Below the pieces are notes generated by a model, which searched no databases, was not told where the DNA came from, and saw only the letters and a program-made list of their open reading frames with translations. Shown here one piece after another: positions 55,288 through 64,000 of a stretch of DNA of 64,000 nucleotides. Position numbers and translations under genes: made by a program. Origin of the DNA: Trichoplax adhaerens (lineage: Eukaryota; Animalia; Placozoa); NCBI RefSeq assembly GCF_000150275.1, contig NW_002060960.1, positions 186,001-250,000 on the forward strand, in the 5' to 3' direction. Position 1 is the first letter of the stretch, and every line of letters begins with the position of its first letter.

Positions 55288-58200
55288 TTATTTGATTAAT
55301 TTAATAATGTAAAATAAATGAGAATCATATCGACATATGACATAAGACTGCTGGCGATTTACATAAATCTTCTCTAGTTGTCCAAATAGTAATGGAGATT
55401 GGAAAGTTCGAACTAACTGCATCGTATTTTTATCGTACAATTGTATCTTGCAAGTCAATTTTTCCACTACCATGAAAAATCGAGATTCAGTACTACTATT
55501 CCAACATAAATTGGTAGTAAGATTAAAATGTCTAATGGCATTTTGATATCCTTTGACGTTGAGTTTACCGTCTGCACCGATCATCTATTGAACATAAACA
55601 TAAAAATATTTCTGTTATAAAACAGGAGATGTTAAAAACGGAATCGATTATATTCTTACTATCACGTCTTCTCCTTTCTGTATGAAATAGCAGCCATCCA
55701 AATCACTAGCGTAATTCATCTGTCGAGAGAAGAGACAAATAAAAAAGAAAATTAATGATAGTACTGATATTCCAATTTCATTAATCGTATTCTGTTTTCT
55801 ATTCAAGCCTGTACGAACAAATAAGTCTGTAGTGTAGTGACCAAAATTCTTAATCATATTTTCCTTTTTCCAACTAGACGTTACAATATTTGCTTCCGTC
55901 TCTCCAATATTGATTTTACAAGCAAATCCATTAGCATCTTTGTAGTACTGTTGTGACTGAAATAGTTTGGTCTCCATAATATTATCTTCTAATTTGAAGA
56001 GCTACAAGTTCATAGGAAAGATTAGATATTATAGATTACTACAGGGTTGCAATATCATCAGGTCAAAAACCGATAGCTGAAATTATTATAATAAATATCT
56101 ACAGCCTAAGCATTCTGTAATAGTAGCCAGTATCGGATGATAAATACTTTAAAGCACAAAGATAGCATTCTGGTGCACTATTTAAATTAATACTGCTCAA
56201 ACGTACATTACAGGAATCAATTCTTAAAGCTTTATATAAAGCTTAACACGTGTAAAACTTAATTACGGTACATCTATATAATTTATTAATGAATAACTGT
56301 TCTAACGGATATAAAAATATTGAAAGATTGGCCATATGATTGTTATAGCTATTTAATTTTGCTACAGTTAACTACAGAAATAATATTGAATAAGATAGTA
56401 ATTGTTTTAGTATGGAAACCAAATATACTAATGCATTTTACTGGAATTTACAATTGCCTGAAAGAATAAATTTCTGACTTATAGCTAATACTACTGACCA
56501 CTTATGAAATAACCCAAAAGGTATCTGTTCAGTACAGAAATTACTTTACGTTATAAATCTGTCAATAAATCTAATCTAACTTGCCCTAATAAGATTCCGT
56601 CGACGATCGAAAGATTCTTGTTGTAAGGCTAAGATAGAATCGTCGAAATGCAGAATTTGTGTTTTACGATGGATTCGATTAGGGTCGTAATACATTTCCA
56701 GTTTTCCATTATCGCGCTGAATACCCATAACCGCAGTCTGATTAGTGCCATCAGAATGCTACAATAATAAAATATTATTTTCATAGCGGTTAAATAAAGT
56801 CGAGTTGCAAGATTAAATATTATATTATGTTATTATTAGCGCGATGAGTCAAGATAAAAACTGAATGACAGCATCGTAAATATTATTCTTTTACCTGAAT
56901 ATCTATAATAAATAGATATTTACTATCCGCCCTTCTGTATCTTGAGCTTAAAACTTCTATCGTTGCTCCTTCTACTAGTAGCTCATCTACCAACCAAGAA
57001 CATTTATCGATACTCTGCAGATTATTAAACTACAATCGCACAAAGGTAGATTAATTAATTATTAATCTCACAATCTGATACCGGAAGAAAAGCAATAAAA
57101 CTAACACATGATTGCTCTAAAAGAATTTAAATTTTTCTAACTTGCAACCATTTCCGTTGGCAAAGGTGATATAGATTACTATAGCATGTCATAGGAAAAA
57201 CTGTGTGACATCTAATCTAACATGAGATGGCTTTAAAATGGCGTAAATTACTTCAAAAAGCTAAAGCAATTTTCAGACTTATAGCGGTATGGGTAAAGAA
57301 AATAATTATGGTGCTAATATAGCAAAAAATGTCTTTCAAAGAATATTTCTCATTCCGTTCGTAAATCATTCCAGCAAATCAATATCGTTTATAACATAAA
57401 CTAGCAGAACAATAGCACTATTCAAGATGAACATTTAATCTGGTTGGCAATATCACCTTTCCAGTTAAATATTTCTGAGAAACATGGACAGTACCTGGCG
57501 AATAGAAATATGATTGTGACGATTCCAACGATCTTTATACAACGCACTCGCTTCATAGGATCGGCACTGCTTTATTAAAATAACCGAATTTAAATCATCG
57601 TAGAGAAAGCACCAGAATTGACTAATAGCTTTATGGTCATCGAAATCTTGACTGGATAATTCTTCTAATTCCTCGCCTTGATAAATCTAAGAAATATTTA
57701 AAGTTAGACCATGAAGATAATGTTATTTCATGAATATCATTTTTTTAATTTTAAGTATACAAAAAAATTGACTCCGTAAGGAAATTATAAATGTTTTAAC
57801 ATCATTATACCTGTAATTTTAATCGCCACTTTTTCATCTCGAGCAATTTTGCAACATAAGGAATGTTATTGATGTAACAACAAGAAGAAGAATAGACTAT
57901 TTCCTCTTTATTCGATTTCCTATTATTTATTTCATCTGCACTTTCTTCCGCCAAACTACTTCTTTCATCACAGTCATCATCATCCATCATTTCATCGTCG
58001 CATTCATCATAATTTGAAGATTGATCATCATGGTTACCTTCGAAATTATAACTTTCAAATGTAAAAGGTTTGTTTGAAGCTGAATATTTGCGTATATATA
58101 TTGAAGTGACTATTTTTAGATACCATTTCATGATTATCACCGTTAGTATTGCACGAATGTATCCTATCGCCCTATTGCTATTCTTACCACTAACTGCGCC

Positions 58201-61200
58201 TGGAAAATTTGGATCTTCATCACTCCGATTTTCAATATCGTCTTCATCATTTGCATCATACCCTTGACTTGCCATATCATCGTCTTCATCTTCATCACTT
58301 CCATCATTTCCATCCCCATCTTTACCGCTGTCAGAGTAATATTCATCTTCATTCTCTCCTTTCGTTAATTTTCGACGTTTTGCAGGTCGCCAAGGAATGG
58401 TACTTTCTTTATTCGTAAAGGTGTCATCATTATTTTCTATTTTCGAATAATAATGGTAGCAATAGATGGCTCGAATGTTTTAAAATCAACACGTGTACAC
58501 TGGAGGAAGAAAGTTTTTCCCTTACCTACGACTATATATTTGTAGGCTTCTCGGCTATCATTACTATAAGTATACAAATCAACCGTCGTCGGGCAGAAAA
58601 ATAGTTTTATGGTTCCCATGGCACTAAAAAGCTTTTTATAAGGCTTGGTTCCGAGTTGGCTAGGATTAAAGATCTATTTCAATCCAATATTTAATTTAAG
58701 TGAATTAAGGTATGTACTATAAAGTACAAATAAGTACCGTAAACCTAGCAATCTCCGGTCAACTTTTTATAGATATTACTGTATTTATTTAAAGTTATTG
58801 ATAACTGTATGCTATAAATTTCTAGGAATTGCATTATATGTATTTGAAAAATGCCTGGTTTACGGTAAAAATTAACAAGTCCCGTGGTAAAATTAAAATT
58901 ACATAAATTGAAAACTTACCAGAATTTCGAATTGCATATTGAGAATCGCTAAGTAAGACTCTACATCAGATATTGCCAAATCAATAATACCCTCTTCATG
59001 AGAATACAAGGGCTTGAATCGATGATTAAAGGAAGGAACAAAATCTTCTCGATTATCTTTCAATGCGCTGGACAAGAATCCGATAGCAGAAGTATTGGTA
59101 GAAATGCCTTTATACCATAAAATGGTATAGATACGCAATCTTATAACACATTCGACACGAAAGAGTCTAAGTTGATTGGCACTTTGTGCTCCATCGAATG
59201 ATATCATGTCTGCATATTGAATATTTTGTTGAACACGACACGTATATTGGTGTCCAAATGGATCAACCTGCCATACCTATAGTATTAATTACAACGATTG
59301 CCAATTAGATGAACTCACAGCCCTTTCTTAGCTTAGCTTAGCTTTTTGCTAATAACAATTCTTCACATTTATTAACACACTAGAGTTTTAAGAACATTAA
59401 GCAAGAACTATATTTTAACGACTATTAGATGAATAGCGTACAGTCGATTCTCTTGATGAATTTCATAATAACAAGTTTATCTTTAAGATATTTTAACACT
59501 ATTAAAATTGTATAATTAATCTTACAAGGGGATAAATGATTTAGTAGAATAGCACTGGTGCTGCTATTTTATCTGTGGTTAATAATGCGTTGATCTGAAA
59601 AAAATGGATCAATTAACTGTATCAGTAAATACAGGATTCATTACCCACCTCTATAGCGCTGGTCGCAGCAAGATCTTCTGATGGCTTTCCATAATGATAC
59701 CAGAACATAATTTTGGTATCATTTGCCAAGTATTTGCATGCTTGGATTTCATTATCAGACGTAATTGATTTCTCTGTCCTTCTAAATACATTCTCATTCA
59801 TGATAGGCATCTTAAAGCGATAAAACATGGTTTTAAATCAATTTCATCAAAATCTATTAATTTAATAATTAACAACAAGTTCTACTGTATTACGCGAATG
59901 CCATCATAACAGAATAAGTTATGCAACACAGCTACTCTTTTCTACATAGGCAAAATGCAATCTTGTGAGTAGATATCCAAAAAATTTAGAGTGGAACCAA
60001 ATAGTAATATGCAATGCTTCGTTTTGTATGTAAAGAGTTGATGAATACCGTTAAAAATGATCTTTGCTGCAACAAGTTTCAAATTCAGACTTACTGTAAT
60101 ACTTTTCCTATCGCTAGCCAGCGTTAAAATGTACCATTTCTCGTCAAGATCCCACTTTGCTGGAAATTCAAGGTTAGCTAAAGTTTTGGACGGATTATGA
60201 TTCCCGTCCTCGTCTTCAAATTCGTATTCCCTTCTGCCATAACCATAGAAGACTTTCCAAGTGTCAGAGTATTGCCCGATATCTGCCTTCCACTTTATTC
60301 ATTTAATTCAAAAATGGCTGAATATCAGTTTCCAAATTACAATAATTGCATAAAGTTTGTACATGTATCTATCGCATTTGTACATATCGCAAAGAGCTAT
60401 TTAGAAAAATTTCAGAATATCGATACTGAAAATAAAAACGCCTTCGAAATTATATATTCTACTGACTAAGCAAAGTGCCGCCCATGTATATCCGAATTAT
60501 TTATACACATGTTGCAAAGAGATACTGCATTTAATTTAATTTAAAATACACACACTGCATAAAGTACGTATATGTGTGAATCATTTTGATACATGTTCCC
60601 AAGAGATATATGACAAAATTTCTGAACGTTGGTACATTTAGGAGAAAGCCGTCATCGAAAGGGCAATCATATCAACCTAAGTCAGGCTCAAATTTAGACT
60701 TACAGTAGGTTAAATGACTACTCTGTTAAATGAATTACTTCCTTTCTCTACATTTAGTCCAACAGATGAAGGTTACCTCGGATATGGCAAAGGCAAAACA
60801 AATCGTCTCATCTCGATGTCCTTTAGGCCCAATTCGAATTTGTGTAACCCATTGATTGCTAACTTCAACTCTACTGCTGATATTGAATTCCTCATCTGTT
60901 TCATCATCTTCCTTAACCACCGTTAGCTACACCAAATTATAATTGAACTTCATTATTGCCTAACAGAGACATAACAGCTTAGTTAGCTATAGCTATGAAA
61001 GGAACTTTACCACAACTTCGCATTCTTCAGTTTTATTGTTCATGGTGGCAGGAACTAAAACCCCTCCACGTTCATAAGGTGTCGAGCATCGATCAGCAAT
61101 ATCGCTACTACACGTAGTGATCTTGCGGGAAAAATCCATGAACGTTTGCGTATACCCCGTACCCCATCGTTTCCATTTTGGATACCTTCATCAGGGTTTA

Positions 61201-64000
61201 AGAGAAGTTAATTAACGAACGATGAAAAATGATCGATAATATCGGTTCTAGGTAATTACTTTGCAATGTAGGCATAGGGCAAATGATCTATCTGCGCTTT
61301 TTCTTCAGCTAATTTCAAGGCCTTATTGCGATAGAGGCTATAACGACTGCTACACAACAGGAGAAACTGAATCAAATCGATCTTTTTAAAGCTCAAATAG
61401 GAACCAAATTCTTTCATGATGCTATAAATTTTCTTAATTTCTTTCTTTTTCTGTAAAAATTGACGCCATAGCAATGGATTAACATTTTGACAAAAAGAAA
61501 TTCTGATTAAAACTATGGCCGTATTTCACTTGCAACGGACTCTCTAATATGATTTCTGATACCTCATCAACGGGTGATAAATAGTTCTTGTAGCTTTTTA
61601 AATCCGTAATAAGTCCTTGCTGTGTACTGGATAGGTTCCATTTCGATACAATCCAGCTCCAGTCTGCCATCATAGTTTCCAAACTAGCTGAACAATCTCC
61701 CTTGATGGCATGGTCTACTATGTGATCAAAAAAGTAAGAATCTTCCTTGAAAGCATTCCAATCGCCTTGATAACATTGTAAATAGCGCTCTACTAATGTT
61801 TGATTTAATCGCTTGATATACGAATCTTGAGATTGTTCTTCATCGATAGGATATTGGAGATAGTCGATCACTGCATTTTGGAAGTAGATGCATCTATTAT
61901 TAAAAATAAAAGTAGGTATTGGCTTGAAAACCGATCTCTTCAATGAGGTAATGGATAAAGAATAATATATCAAATAAGGTATAACTACCCATCATCGTCT
62001 TGATACAGAAGCAGAGACTTTTCATCCAGACGCTTCAGTAATTGGATCGTATCTTCTTGATTTTGTCTCCATAGACAGTAGATTGATTGAATAGGAATGG
62101 GAATGGGGTTATAAACACCAAGCAATCGAATTAATTGACAATCTTTTTCTTCCATCTGACTTAAACTGAATTGAATGAGTGGACGGAGATCACATTCTTC
62201 ATTCTCATCTTCTTCATCAATTTGTAACTTGTCTACAAGGTTTTTCCACTCGTTGACAGTCTTTAATTTCAGTCCAGCCATAATAGCAACTGCAATTGGT
62301 AGATTTTGGTATATTTCAACAGCTTGTTTGACTACATTTTCAGAACTTAAGCGTTGGATAACCTCTACAGGCTGATATAGTGCTAAAATTTCCATGGATT
62401 CATTTTGCGTTAACCCTGGCTGTGAATGAAACATATTGTAAGACAATTTATATCTTCTCTCTAAATGTAGTCTAACCTAACAACCCTACTAGTTGAAGAA
62501 AGTTAATCTTAAGTCTGATACTTCATGTTTAGTTTAGTCTTGCTTTCAGGAGCAATAAATAAAGCATACATTACGATCTTTATAGATCATTAAGAAGTAA
62601 TACGGCGAAAACGCTATCACCTGCACTATCCAGTATGAAATTAAGTGTATCGACAACGCTATTTAAATACACCAATGGATGACACTGTTATTAGGTGCTC
62701 CTAAGCAAGGAATTTCTAATATTTAAAACGGGATATATTATATAAATCAATCCCAAGATTACATGGCCAAATTAATTGCATTGTTGAAATGAAACGAATT
62801 TAATGGAAGTCCCACACGAAATTTCTACTATTCGAAAAGGATATACTAATTTATGTGCTAGAGGATATGGCAATATCAACCCAACTGTTGAGATTGAACA
62901 AATTCAGTGGCAGAGCTAATTCCATGTTGTTATTTTAATCGTATCAATACTTACAGGTGATTGTAAACAAGTCCATGTCTCCTGTTTTTCATCGTCTATC
63001 CAAGGTGCTGTAATGACTGATTTCTTTGCAAACTGGATATACTGTAGACTGGATTCTTCTTGTACATCATCGAAGATAAATAGAGCTTGCGATTTATTCT
63101 TATTCGCTTAAAACAGCATGCAGCACGGTATTAAAATGCAATGCCGGAAAAGGATAAACATATTGCAAGAAAATCAAGACCAAAAATGGATAAGTACGTC
63201 CATAAGGATGCACATTGCACAGTCGTTGAACTCGTTGATGTAAAGATAGGAGCTGCATTACGAACTATAAATGAATGATTAACTACCTTGGAAATAACGG
63301 TTTAGGCGATCAACAACATCGTCTAATTTTTGAGGTAGATCAATGCCTTGGAGACCGAGTTCGAGGCATAACTTTTCCAAAATTAAAAATAACCGCTGAT
63401 TTTTAGCATTTCCTAAATAAACAAGACAGGAATGAACACATATCATGTTTAAATGTGGAAAAGTAAGCCGGCATGAAGATTGAATATAATCTCCTAGTTT
63501 TCCATAAGAATTTATCTTAATACTGGGTCGTAAACGTATCTAAAGTAAGGAGCTCTGGCTAGAAAAGCATGCCGGCTTAACGATTTAAAATAATTCACTC
63601 GTTCTCCATTAGAGATTATCCAAATGTAGGGTATATAATATATGCAAAGCAATGAGTTCTTGCTGTAAAAGTATGGCAGCATAAAGATTGAAAATAATCC
63701 GTTAGTTCTTCATTTGAATGAATCTAAATGCAAGGTCTAACATACGTATATCTAAAGTAAGGAGCTCTAGCTGGGAAACTATGCCGACATAACGATTAAA
63801 AATAATCCACTAGTTCACCATTCGTGTTTATTCAAATCGACTATCTCAGATATATCCAAGGCAAGGAGCTTTTGATAGCGATAATTGTAGGACTACACCA
63901 ATCCATGCTTTTCTAGCTTAACCATTTCTATTACAAACAAAATGATATTGCTTACCGATTGTGATCCAGTATACGCCATTTGGGTGAAAAGCTTTCTTTT
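55288..64000 (-). CDS. Apaf-1-like NB-ARC STAND ATPase with divergent WD40-like C-terminus (5'-partial)
   Basis: Spliced motifs are collinear with Apaf-1: FHPNGVYWITIG, LFLILEKLCLEL..LPQKLDDVVDRL, Walker B ALFIFDDV, GLTQNESMEIL, YQNLPIAVAIMAG, WHD LLKRLDEKSLL, helical domain MADWSWIVSK..LITDLKSY and DLIQFLL..LYRNKALKLA. Beta-rich exons then run to a stop at 55288. Walker A and the N-terminal domain lie outside the window, and the 3' end is approximate. Confidence 0.85.
63535..63890. repeat. Intronic ~213-bp tandem duplication
   Basis: TATCTAAAGTAAGGAGCTCT.GCT.GAAA..ATGCCG.C.TAACGATT.AAAATAAT.CACT at ~63537 and ~63750. Confidence 0.85.

Noticed and set aside
61010-61262. Apparent frameshift in the Apaf-1-like gene at the acceptor near 61187
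   Set aside because: A downstream TAG acceptor near 61110 restores phase 2, so no pseudogenising lesion is needed.

Overview
AT-rich, intron-dense eukaryotic (early-branching animal) DNA. Short GT-AG introns and the gene content resemble a placozoan such as Trichoplax, but that assignment is inference only. Spliced genes reconstructed by hand: TK1 (+, exon 1 lies before the window), IFT27/RABL4 (-), TSC2/tuberin (+), SMG1 kinase (-), an orphan intrinsically disordered protein (+), and an Apaf-1-like NB-ARC/beta-propeller STAND gene (-, 5' end beyond the window). There is also a small Cys-rich ORF. Intergenic and intronic DNA holds many local repeats: a long foldback hairpin, a ~1.2-2 kb segmental duplication, a 39/42-bp minisatellite, and a higher-order 198+100-bp satellite that grades into a related 55-bp minisatellite. 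Most notable: (i) four tandem uORFs plus an intron in the predicted SMG1 leader, a candidate NMD autoregulatory switch; (ii) an Apaf-1-like protein with degenerate sensor-I/GLPL/MHD motifs and an NLS plus acidic insertion; (iii) one giant intronless central exon in both TSC2 and SMG1; (iv) TK1/IFT27/TSC2/SMG1 linkage matching the human 16p/17q/22q paralogon. No rRNA, tRNA, CRISPR or transposase was recognised.
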